Source of the DNA: Polyangiales bacterium
Lineage (GTDB): Bacteria; Myxococcota_A; Polyangia; Polyangiales; Polyangiaceae
DNA: 28,238 bases
Direction of reading: 5' to 3'
Assembly: GCA_038230375.1 (NCBI GenBank)
Contig: JBBRNJ010000102.1
Coordinates: 1 to 28,238 of the forward strand
Position 1 is the first letter of the stretch; the number at the start of each line of letters is the position of its first letter. Shown here piece by piece: positions 7,255 to 15,467 of this stretch. The notes below the pieces were generated by a model. The model was given only the letters and a program-made list of their open reading frames with translations, was not told the DNA's origin and searched no databases. Position numbers and translations under genes: made by a program.

Positions 7255-8763
7255 ATGAGCGTCATCAAGCTGCCCATCATCGAGCCCCGGTTCACCATGA
7301 TGGAGAACAAGGACGGGCGCGAGATCTTCCATTCGTTCTCCCGGGGCCTGTGCCCCACGTGCAAGCGGCCGGTGGACGGCGTGCGAATCATCCGCGACGG
7401 CAAGGTCTACCTGCGAAAGCAGTGTGCGTCCCACGGCCAGAGCGAGGCGCTCATCTCCGGCGACGTCGACTGGTTCCTGAAGTCGCTCACGTACATCAAG
7501 GAGGGCTCCGTCCCCTTGAAGCACTCCACAGAGGTGAAGGAGGGCTGCCCGGACGACTGCGGCCTCTGCCCTGACCATGAGCAGCACTCTTGCTTGCCCA
7601 TCATCGAGATCACGAACCACTGCAATCTCGAGTGCCCGATCTGCATCGTACAGAACCGGCACAACTACAACATGACCACGGAGGAGTTCGGGAAGATCCT
7701 GGACGGCCTGGTGGAGAAGGAAGGCGTCCTCGAGACGATCAACCTCTCCGGCGGCGAGCCCACGCTCCACCCGCAGTTCATGGAGTTCCTGGACATGGCG
7801 CGCGCCAAGACCGAGATCTCACGCGTCAGCATCTCCACGAATGGCCTGAAATGCGCCACGGATTATGCGTTCTGCGAGGAACTCGCGAAGCGCAACGTGT
7901 ACGTGTCCCTGCAGCTCGACGCGCTGAGCAACCCGGCGCTCCGCGTGCTGCGCGGCGGCGGTGATCAGCGCGCTGCCAAGGAGCGCGCGCTCGACAACCT
8001 GGAGCGCGCGGGCGTGCGCACCACCATCGTGTCCACCGTGGCGAAGGGCGTGAACGACCACCTGATCGGCGAGACGATCAAGCTGCTCTACGAGCGCGAC
8101 TTCATCCTGTCGCTCACGTTCCAACCCGCCGCGTACACCGGCTACGGCGGCGAGCACTTCGCTCCACACAACCCGATGGATGTGATCACCATCCCGGACG
8201 TGGTGAACGCCGCGGAGGCGCAGACCAACGGCATGCTGAAGAAGAGCGACTTCTTGCCGCTCCCTTGCTCGCACCCGGGCTGCTTCGGCCTCACGTACCT
8301 CCTGAAGACGGACGAGGGATTCATCCCCTTCCCGCGCTTCCTCGAGCTGCAGAAGTACCTGGAGATCATCTCCAACCGCGGCACCATCCGCCCCGACGAG
8401 GAGTTCGAGGGCGCCATCAAGGGCGCGATCGACGAGATGTGGACCAGCGCCGGTCAGGTCCCCGACGCGAAGAAGATCCTCGCCGCCCTGAAGAAGGCCA
8501 TCTTCCTGATGTACCCGGAGGACAAGGCGCTGGAGCTGGAGGAGCGCCTGCACATCGGCGAGAGCCTCGTGAAGACCATCTTCATCCACGCCTTCATGGA
8601 CGTGAACACGTTCGAGGTGGACCGCATCAAGAAGTGCTGCACGCACTACGCCCTGCCCGACGGGCGCCTCATGCCCGGCTGCGCGTACAACCTGCTCTAC
8701 CGCGACAAGGACCCGCGCTACACGGGCGCCGTGGGCGACGCGAAGATCTGGGGCAAGAGCTGA
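7255..8763 (+). CDS. Radical SAM protein, COG1964 / Tes-like, paralogue 2
   Basis: LCPTC...QCASH, CPDDCGLCPDH, CNLECPIC, SGGEPTLHP, PCSHPGC, HAFMDVNTFEVDRIKKCCTHYALPDGRLMPGCAYN. Confidence 0.9.
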   Translation: MSVIKLPIIEPRFTMMENKDGREIFHSFSRGLCPTCKRPVDGVRIIRDGKVYLRKQCASHGQSEALISGDVDWFLKSLTYIKEGSVPLKHSTEVKEGCPDDCGLCPDHEQHSCLPIIEITNHCNLECPICIVQNRHNYNMTTEEFGKILDGLVEKEGVLETINLSGGEPTLHPQFMEFLDMARAKTEISRVSISTNGLKCATDYAFCEELAKRNVYVSLQLDALSNPALRVLRGGGDQRAAKERALDNLERAGVRTTIVSTVAKGVNDHLIGETIKLLYERDFILSLTFQPAAYTGYGGEHFAPHNPMDVITIPDVVNAAEAQTNGMLKKSDFLPLPCSHPGCFGLTYLLKTDEGFIPFPRFLELQKYLEIISNRGTIRPDEEFEGAIKGAIDEMWTSAGQVPDAKKILAALKKAIFLMYPEDKALELEERLHIGESLVKTIFIHAFMDVNTFEVDRIKKCCTHYALPDGRLMPGCAYNLLYRDKDPRYTGAVGDAKIWGKS

Positions 8764-8778
8764 GAGCGTCTCCACTGC

Positions 8779-9522
8779 ATGCACTCTGCACGTAAACGGT
8801 TCGATCAGAAGAGCGTGATGGTCACGGGTGGCTCGCGCGGACTGGGCGCGGCGATCGTCGGCGCGTTCGTGCGCGAGGGCGCGCGCGTGGGCTTCACGTA
8901 CGCGAAGGGCAAGGACGCCGCGGATGCGCTCGGGCTCGAGCTGGGCGACAAGGTCCTCTGGGAGATGGTGCAGGTCACGGACGAGGACGCGACGGACGCA
9001 TTCATGCGCAAGCTCGAGGCCGCGTTCGGACCGCTGGACGTGCTGGTCAACAACGCCGCCATCACGCAGAACCTCCCGCTCGCGCTGCTCGAGGCGGACG
9101 ACTTTGACAAGGTGATGAACGTGAACGTGAAGGGCACCTACCTCACGTCACGCTGCGCGCTCCGCTCCATGATCCGCCGTAAAAAAGGCTTGATCATGAA
9201 CATTGGCTCGCTCGCGGGTGAGCGCATGATCGAGGCGCCCATCCACTACTGCGCGAGCAAGGCCGCCATCCGCGGCCTCACGCAAGCGATGGCGAAGGAG
9301 GTCTCGCGCCATGGCGTGCGCGTGCTGAACCTGGCTCCGGGTCTCCTCGAGGACGGCCTGGGCAAGAACCTGCCCGAACACCGCCTTGCCGACTACCTGA
9401 AGCACAACGCGCTCGGCCGCGTGGGCACCTTCGCGGAGATCGCGGAGGCCTGCATGTTCTTCGCCTCCGAAGACGCAAGCTACACGTCAGGCGACACGCT
9501 CGTGATTGACGGCGGCGTCTGA
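8779..9522 (+). CDS. FabG-like short-chain dehydrogenase/reductase (3-oxoacyl-ACP reductase family)
   Basis: TGGSRGLG, LVNNAA, IGS, YCASK catalytic YxxxK, terminal IDGG. Starts 15 nt after the radical SAM 2 stop. Confidence 0.88.
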   Translation: MHSARKRFDQKSVMVTGGSRGLGAAIVGAFVREGARVGFTYAKGKDAADALGLELGDKVLWEMVQVTDEDATDAFMRKLEAAFGPLDVLVNNAAITQNLPLALLEADDFDKVMNVNVKGTYLTSRCALRSMIRRKKGLIMNIGSLAGERMIEAPIHYCASKAAIRGLTQAMAKEVSRHGVRVLNLAPGLLEDGLGKNLPEHRLADYLKHNALGRVGTFAEIAEACMFFASEDASYTSGDTLVIDGGV

Positions 9523-9525
9523 GGG

Positions 9526-10608
9526 TTACTTCTTCACGCCCAGCTCTGCGCGTACGATCGCGGCTCCTGCCGCCATGGCGCGTAGCTTCTCCACGGCGCA
9601 GGGCCTGGGGAGCTGCTTCATTCCGCAATCTGTCGTCAGGGTGATGCGCTCCGGCTCGATGTACTTCATCACCTTGCGCACGCGCTCCGCGACCTGCTCC
9701 GGTGCCTCCACCATGAGCGAGCGCACGTCGATGACGCCCACCGCGACGGTCTTGTCCTTCGGCAGCTCGCGCAGCACCTCGATGCCCTCCATCTCGCGGC
9801 ACGCGAAATCCAGGACGAACTGGCCCACGTTCGCGTCGAAGTAGTGCGGCAGGATCTTCGGGTAGCCGCCCGTGGTCATGCCCTTCATCGGATTGCCCCA
9901 CACGTTGCCCAGACAGAAGTGCCACGACGTCTCCGCGGTCACGCCGTCCAGCGTGCGGTGCACCACGTCCTTCACCCACTTGAAGTCCTTGTCACCGGAC
10001 AGGTTCGGGATCCACGCGCCCAGATCTTCGAGCTGAACATGCTTGCATCCTGCATCCAGTAGCTCGCCGATCTCGGTGCGGAAGATCCCGGCCAGCGCGT
10101 TCGCCAGCGCGTAGCGATCCTTGATCGGCCCGCCCTCGAAATGCGCCAGCGTGGACAGCTGCACGGGGCCCGCGCCCACGCACGCCTTCACGGGCTTGTC
10201 CGTGTTGCGCTGCGCGATGCGAAAGAGCTCCGCGAGGCGCACGGGGCCGCGCTCGATCGGTCCGCGCACCGCGACGCCACCGGCCTCGTCGAGCGCCCAT
10301 GTGTCTGCACCCGCCTTCGAGCGCGCGGGATGCGGCAGCTTCTCCTTGCCGAAGCCGTGGATGCGCTCGAGCCAGTACCAGAGGAAAGAGCCGATCCCCA
10401 TCGAGTAGTCATCGAACCACATCTGGCCGTCGGTCACGATGTCCAGTCCCGCGAGCTCCTGATCGCGAAGCACCGTGCGCACGGCGTCCTCGAACGCCTC
10501 CGCGTGGTGGATCACCTTGTGGGCCTCGAGCACGTCGCGACCCTCGAGCTGATAGCGGAACCACGCCGGACGTGGATACGAGCCAACCATGGTGGTGGGG
10601 AGGAGCAT
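9526..10608 (-). CDS. Cobalamin-independent methionine synthase II-family (single-barrel, Zn) protein
   Basis: LPTTMVGSYPRP, DQELAGLDIVTDG, Zn motif HFC, GVIDV, TTDCG. ATG 10608 has TATGTT 7 nt upstream. Confidence 0.88.
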   Translation of the reverse strand: MLLPTTMVGSYPRPAWFRYQLEGRDVLEAHKVIHHAEAFEDAVRTVLRDQELAGLDIVTDGQMWFDDYSMGIGSFLWYWLERIHGFGKEKLPHPARSKAGADTWALDEAGGVAVRGPIERGPVRLAELFRIAQRNTDKPVKACVGAGPVQLSTLAHFEGGPIKDRYALANALAGIFRTEIGELLDAGCKHVQLEDLGAWIPNLSGDKDFKWVKDVVHRTLDGVTAETSWHFCLGNVWGNPMKGMTTGGYPKILPHYFDANVGQFVLDFACREMEGIEVLRELPKDKTVAVGVIDVRSLMVEAPEQVAERVRKVMKYIEPERITLTTDCGMKQLPRPCAVEKLRAMAAGAAIVRAELGVKK

Positions 10609-10635
10609 GCGCAGGAACATACCCCGGATGCGGCG

Positions 10636-10673
10636 TTCGATCTATTTGCTTCTGATAGGCAAAATGATCGGAA
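10636..10673. promoter_or_regulatory. AT-rich inverted repeat, possible operator or terminator
   Basis: GATCTATTTGC versus GCAAAATGATC (9/11 complementary), overlapping the predicted -35 region of the MetE-like gene. Confidence 0.4.
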
Positions 10674-10674
10674 T

Positions 10675-11502
10675 TCAGGCAAAAAGGTGCCGCTGGGCCC
10701 GCGAGGCCATGACGAGGCCCTGGAAGCGGAACTCGCGCGCGCGGTCGTAGGTGCCCGTCGTGTGGAGACAGATCTCGTCGAAGGTCATGGGCCGCACGGA
10801 ACGGAACCCCTCCTCGTAGAGGAGCGGGAGCGGATAGTCGACGCCAAAGCGGAGGGGCTCGCCCAGGCCCTCCACGAATGCGCGCGACTCCAGATCCTGC
10901 TCGCGCGCTGCGCCTGCGACGATCTTCTTCCGCACGTGGTCGAAGATGACGACGGAGCGCTCGTGCGTGGCGCTGGCGATTCGCCGCAGCGTCCCGCGGA
11001 CGGCGGCCTCGGTCAGGTACGGCGTGACGCCTTCCCACACGAAGAGCGCGGGCTCTCCGGCGCGGAAGCCGGACGCGACCAGGCGGTCCACGAAGTCCTC
11101 GGCCTCGAAGTCGCACGTCACGTACGACGGAGCGGTGACCGGGTAGCCAGTGAGCGTCTGCAGGCGAGCGTGCTTCTCGCGCTGCGTGTCCGGGTGGTCC
11201 ACCTCGAAGAAGCGCAAGCCCTCACGCGCGAGGCGCGAGGCGCGCGTGTCGAACCCGGCGCCCAGCAGGACGACCTGCGAGAGGTCGGTGGCGCGCACGA
11301 CACGCTCGTCGATGAACGCCGTGCGTACCGCGACCCACAGCTCCATGTGCGGATACACGCCGTCATAGGTGCGCGCGATCTCCTGCCCCACGTCACCGGC
11401 GAGCGTGGCCGCCCAAGGATCGTTGCAGATTGCATCCTTTTGCGCCGTGGCGCGGGCACGATATGCGGCGACCATCAGCGCCGTACGGCTTGATTCGAGC
11501 AT
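10675..11502 (-). CDS. Class I SAM-dependent methyltransferase (LCM / TIGR00027-like)
   Basis: SRTALMVAAYRA, DPWA, VRTAFID, QVVLLGAGFDTRA, FFEVDHP, FVWEGVTPYL. TATGCT lies 8 nt before ATG 11502. Confidence 0.9.
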   Translation of the reverse strand: MLESSRTALMVAAYRARATAQKDAICNDPWAATLAGDVGQEIARTYDGVYPHMELWVAVRTAFIDERVVRATDLSQVVLLGAGFDTRASRLAREGLRFFEVDHPDTQREKHARLQTLTGYPVTAPSYVTCDFEAEDFVDRLVASGFRAGEPALFVWEGVTPYLTEAAVRGTLRRIASATHERSVVIFDHVRKKIVAGAAREQDLESRAFVEGLGEPLRFGVDYPLPLLYEEGFRSVRPMTFDEICLHTTGTYDRAREFRFQGLVMASRAQRHLFA

Positions 11503-11690
11503 GGCCGCCGAGCATACACGGGCCGGGCGCGCGTACACCGCCCTCCACAATCATGCGCAATCACTGCGATTTTTGCGCTGTCATCCATTCCGGTGACGCG
11601 CCCTTTTGCACGGTGTTCCTCAGCGTCCCGTCAGACTCGCTGCCCCCGCGTTGCGTGGGGCTACTTCACAACCACTCCAAGGAGTCTCTC

Positions 11691-12638
11691 TTGATCAACG
11701 CTCGCACCGTCCTCGGCTCGTCTGTTCTTCTCACCGTGCTGCTCGCTGCCGGTTGTCACCTCACCCCACTGCCCGCCACCGACGGTGACGGCGGCGCGGA
11801 TGCAGCAGTGACCGGAAGCGACGGCGGTGATGGAGGCGTGGACCCCGCTTGCGGCATGGGCGAGCCGAACGATACGCGCGAGCAGTCCACCGCGATCGAT
11901 CTCGACAAGTCGTATGCGGGCTGTGTGTCCGCGACCGATGGCACCGACCTCCTCGACTTCTACGAGCTCACGGCGCCCATGGATGCAGCCGGCGGCTATG
12001 TGGAGGTCACCATCTCGGGTGTGGGCCCGCAGGGGCTCGCCGAGCTCATCGTCACCTCGTCCGCCGACAACGACGTGCTCTTCGACGCGTACACGACGGA
12101 CAACGGCGGCTCCGTGAAAGGCTGGCTCACCGTGGCCCCCGGCGCGAAATACCGCGTCCGCGTGAGCCGTTTTGCCGGCGCAGGCACGCGCTTCGCGTAC
12201 TCGCTCGACACGAAGTACACGAAGATCAACGACACGTTCGAGCCGAACAACAGCAAGGCGGACGCGAAGCCCATCTCGCTCAACATGCCCATCCAGGCGT
12301 CGGCCGCGGCGGTCTCCGCGAACACGGCGCTCGCCGGTGCGGACGCGGAGGACTGGTTCAAGGTGACGCTCGCCGCGGGCAACGCCACGGTGAAGCTCTC
12401 GAACTCGCCTTCCGATCACCTCTGCGACGTCGAGCTCATCGACAACAGCGGCCAGAGCGTGGGTGAGAACTACACGACAAGCAACGGCGCAAATTGCCAG
12501 ATCGACGCAACGGCCCTCACGGGCGGCACGTACTACGTGAACGCGCACACGTTCGCGGGCGTGCCCCTCCGTGCGGCCGCCAACGCCGCGCCGCCCGCGC
12601 AGATCACTGCCCAGTACACGCTCGTCGTCATGCAGTGA
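11691..12638 (+). CDS. Lipoprotein with two pre-peptidase C-terminal (PPC)-like domains
   Basis: SD AAGGAG then TTG 11691, lipobox LAAGC, DGG linker, repeated EPNDT...DFY and EPNNS...DWF modules. Confidence 0.75.
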   Translation: MINARTVLGSSVLLTVLLAAGCHLTPLPATDGDGGADAAVTGSDGGDGGVDPACGMGEPNDTREQSTAIDLDKSYAGCVSATDGTDLLDFYELTAPMDAAGGYVEVTISGVGPQGLAELIVTSSADNDVLFDAYTTDNGGSVKGWLTVAPGAKYRVRVSRFAGAGTRFAYSLDTKYTKINDTFEPNNSKADAKPISLNMPIQASAAAVSANTALAGADAEDWFKVTLAAGNATVKLSNSPSDHLCDVELIDNSGQSVGENYTTSNGANCQIDATALTGGTYYVNAHTFAGVPLRAAANAAPPAQITAQYTLVVMQ

Positions 12639-12651
12639 TACGTCTCGGAGC

Positions 12652-14004
12652 GTGAGGCAGGAGAGCCCGAGGATCGTCGCACTGTTTCGCATGAGCGTGG
12701 CAGCGGCGTTCCTCCTGGGCTCCGAGCCCCGGCAGTTCGTGGAGCACACGCGCATGCCGACCGCGCTGCTCCACACACCGCATGGGCTCTCCTGGTTCGT
12801 GTCACTCCCACCTGCCCTTGCCGCCGTCTCGAGCATGCTCGTGGCGGCGTTCTTCGTCTCGGCGATCTTCCTGCTGGTGGGGCTGTACACGCGGCTGTCC
12901 GCGATCGTGCTGCTCGTGGTCGGCTTCGTGGTGCTCGGCGCCGCACAGCTCACGGGCGCCGTCCTTCACGACATGCACCTGCTCTGGTTCGTGGCGCTGC
13001 TCGCGTGTGCGCGCTCTGGAGACGCGCTCAGCCTGGATGCGTGGTTCCGCGCGCCGAAGACACAGCCCCACTGGCGACGCTTTTTGGGCAGTCATCAGGC
13101 GACGACAGAGGCGGGCCTCGTGCTCGTCTTCGCGCGGACGCTGCTCGGGATCCTCTATTTTTTTCCGGGGTTCCACAAGGTCCAGACGTCTGGACTTGCG
13201 TGGGCGCTGTCGGACAACCTTGCGAACCAGATGCAGGCCAAGTGGATGGAGAACGGCGAGCTGCCATTCTTCCGCATCGACCACCACCCTTGGCTTCTCG
13301 CCACGATGGGCCTGGCCACGCTCGCGTTCGAGCTCTCATTCATCGTGCTGGTGCACGCGGGGCGGCGCGCGCGGATCGGTCTCGGCCTCTTTGGCCTTGT
13401 GTTCCACCTGGGCATCCACCTCTTCATGTTCATTCCCTTCGCGAGCATCTGGCTCTGCTACACGTGCCTTGGCTCTTCACGGACCGCGTCGCCGGTCTCT
13501 TGGTCCACGAGCGAGACACGCATGGCGCTCCGGCGCGCGGCCCCGCTGCTCGTCGTGGGCGCAGTCCTCGTTCTCGCCAACGCGGAGCGCGGCGTCCGCG
13601 GTGACACGCAGGCCTTCCCGTTCGCCTGCTATCCCACGTTCGCGGAGCGCGCAGCGGACACACTCCCGGATCTGCGCGCGGTCGCCGAGGACCCGAGCGG
13701 TGCCCTTGTGGAGCTGCCGCTTGGAAGGGACGAGCAAGGCAGGAGGACGCAGGAGCAATGGGGACAGGCCTGGAGCGTGGCCGGGCTGTACGGCGCGCCG
13801 TTCTCCATGCAGCGCTTCGAGAGCTACCTGCGCGCAGAGACCGCGCGACCGAACGTGGCCAGAAGCATGCAACATGCACGCATCGTTCACGTGGAGCGAG
13901 TATTTGTTCGCGTGGCGCCAGAGGCGCGTGGCGAACCACCGACGCGCACGGAGATGCTCGGCGCGCTGGACGTGAGCGACGGCCGTTTCACCACGGTCCG
14001 CTGA
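12652..14004 (+). CDS. HTTM-domain membrane protein (vitamin K-dependent carboxylase / SdpB superfamily)
   Basis: Multiple TM helices with GLYTR, HDMH, DALSLDAW, LYFFPGFHK...W, FEL, FHLGIHLFMFIPF, then a soluble tail starting FPFACYPTFA. Start uncertain (GTG 12652 or ATG 12691). Confidence 0.75.
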   Translation: MRQESPRIVALFRMSVAAAFLLGSEPRQFVEHTRMPTALLHTPHGLSWFVSLPPALAAVSSMLVAAFFVSAIFLLVGLYTRLSAIVLLVVGFVVLGAAQLTGAVLHDMHLLWFVALLACARSGDALSLDAWFRAPKTQPHWRRFLGSHQATTEAGLVLVFARTLLGILYFFPGFHKVQTSGLAWALSDNLANQMQAKWMENGELPFFRIDHHPWLLATMGLATLAFELSFIVLVHAGRRARIGLGLFGLVFHLGIHLFMFIPFASIWLCYTCLGSSRTASPVSWSTSETRMALRRAAPLLVVGAVLVLANAERGVRGDTQAFPFACYPTFAERAADTLPDLRAVAEDPSGALVELPLGRDEQGRRTQEQWGQAWSVAGLYGAPFSMQRFESYLRAETARPNVARSMQHARIVHVERVFVRVAPEARGEPPTRTEMLGALDVSDGRFTTVR

Positions 14005-14037
14005 CGAATCGCGCGCGCGGTGCCCGGTCGCCCTCTC

Positions 14038-14886
14038 CTATGGGAACGCCGCGATGGGGATGTCGCGCGCGCGGAGCGGCGTCACGACCTTGTCCTGCAT
14101 CGATTTCTGGGCCAGCGCCAGGTATGCGCCGGTCTCCATCCACGCGAGCGGGTCGCCGTCGCGCACGGGCCGCGGCGGGCGGGTCTTCAGCTCTTCCCAC
14201 TGGCGCATGATCGCGCGGATGGCGCGGTCTGCCTGCTTGCCCAGGTACGCGAGATCTTCCGGACCGTAGAACTGCCGCGCCCAGTCGAGGAACGCGAAGC
14301 CGAACGTGCCGTGCGCGGCCTCGTCCTTGACGATGCGCCCGAGCACTGCGCGCGGGAGCGGATGCTTCGCGGCCTTCCACGTGCCGCGGAGGAGCGGAAT
14401 AGAGAGCGCCTCACCCACGCAGAAGAAGCGGACCACCAGATCGCCGGCGCGCACGATGGGCGTCCTGTCCATCTCGCCGTCGACGATCAGCATGTCGGGG
14501 TCGTGGACTATCTCCGTGCCGCCGCCGAGCTCCATGGCCATGCGCGCGCAGAGCTCCACGTGCACCATCTCGTCCAGGGGGAAGCGCGTGGCGACGCTGA
14601 TCAGATCCACTGGCGCGCGACACTCCATCAGCGCGCGCAGCGTGGCCGCGCAGGCGATTCCCGTGCGGTGCTCCTGGAAAGCGGCGCCCGTCCATGCCTT
14701 GCGCGCGGCGATCAGCTCGTGCGGCGGAATCCCCTCGAGCGAGAGCGTGCCCCACGGCATGCCCGTGACCTCTGGACGCATGCGCCGGAAGCGGCGCTCC
14801 ATCCCTTCACCATAGAGCGACAGCTCGAAGAGCTCGCCCGTGCTGGTGGGGCTAGGGCTGCTGGAGCTATTCGAAGCGGTGCTCAT
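14038..14886 (-). CDS. Ferritin-like diiron-carboxylate protein
   Basis: Four-helix diiron ligand pattern QEH ... DEMVH ... GEA ... DEAAH; no signal peptide; begins 11 nt after the upstream peptide gene. Confidence 0.82.
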   Translation of the reverse strand: MSTASNSSSSPSPTSTGELFELSLYGEGMERRFRRMRPEVTGMPWGTLSLEGIPPHELIAARKAWTGAAFQEHRTGIACAATLRALMECRAPVDLISVATRFPLDEMVHVELCARMAMELGGGTEIVHDPDMLIVDGEMDRTPIVRAGDLVVRFFCVGEALSIPLLRGTWKAAKHPLPRAVLGRIVKDEAAHGTFGFAFLDWARQFYGPEDLAYLGKQADRAIRAIMRQWEELKTRPPRPVRDGDPLAWMETGAYLALAQKSMQDKVVTPLRARDIPIAAFP

Positions 14887-14897
14887 GGGAGCTCCGC

Positions 14898-15167
14898 TCA
14901 GTCGGTCCCCGCGTCGCCGGAGTCGCTACTGGCGCCGCCATCGCTCTGGCCGGAGTCCTCGAACGCGCCGGAGTCGACGGGCGCGCCCAGGTTGCCGGAG
15001 CTGATCATCGCGTCGTCCATGGCGTTGCTGTCGCGGCCTGCGTCGACGTTGGGCGCCATCAGGTTGCCCGAGCTCACGCCGTTGGTGCTGCACGCGTAGC
15101 TGATGGCAGCGACACCCACCGATGCCACGAGCAGCTTCCTTCCGCGCACGATCTTCGGAAACGACAT
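14898..15167 (-). CDS. Small lipoprotein-like peptide B with two GNL[M/G]AP repeats (candidate precursor)
   Basis: MSFPKIVRGRKLLVASVGVAAISYAC leader; SSGNLMAPNVDAG and SSGNLGAPVDSG. TACACT lies 6 nt before the ATG. Paralogous to the neighbouring gene. Confidence 0.8.
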   Translation of the reverse strand: MSFPKIVRGRKLLVASVGVAAISYACSTNGVSSGNLMAPNVDAGRDSNAMDDAMISSGNLGAPVDSGAFEDSGQSDGGASSDSGDAGTD

Positions 15168-15179
15168 GGGTGAAGTGTA

Positions 15180-15467
15180 CTACCTCTTCTTGCCCGCGTC
15201 CGGCTTTGCGTTGCCCGCGCCAGCGTCAGGCGGCGGCATTGGCGGCGGCGCCATCAGGTTGCCGCTCGTCATGCCGATGTCGTTGATCGCGCCGGAGCCC
15301 GCGTCCTTTGCCTCCATCGTCGGAGTGCCTGCGTCGTAGGGCGCGGGCGCCATCAGGTTGCCTACCTGCTGCGGGCGCTCTTGCTCCTTGGCGCACGCGT
15401 AGGTGACGGCGGCGACGCCGATAGATGCGATGAGGAGCTTGCGACCCTTGAAGATGCGCGGGGACAT
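15180..15467 (-). CDS. Small lipoprotein-like peptide A with two GNLMAP repeats (candidate precursor)
   Basis: Likely start ATG 15467 (MSPRIFKGRKLLIASIGVAAVTYAC), matching the paralogue's N-terminus; VGNLMAPAPYDAG and SGNLMAPPPMPPPDAG. TAGGCT lies 8 nt upstream. Confidence 0.8.
   Translation of the reverse strand: MSPRIFKGRKLLIASIGVAAVTYACAKEQERPQQVGNLMAPAPYDAGTPTMEAKDAGSGAINDIGMTSGNLMAPPPMPPPDAGAGNAKPDAGKKR

Noticed and set aside
5472..7574. 700-aa plus-strand ORF and similar long antisense ORFs (1483-3036, 10141-11493, 17526-18872, 22365-23498)
   Set aside because: They are shadows of well-supported genes on the opposite strand, expected in high-GC DNA, and carry no motifs.
2485..8768. 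Both radical SAM genes end in TGAGAGCG followed by a gene 15 nt later
   Set aside because: Only 5 nt beyond the stop codon are shared; too short to call a recombination scar or regulatory signal.
11590..11610. Sigma54-like promoter before the PPC lipoprotein (also near 26990-27006)
   Set aside because: The GG-N10-GC spacing is not met.
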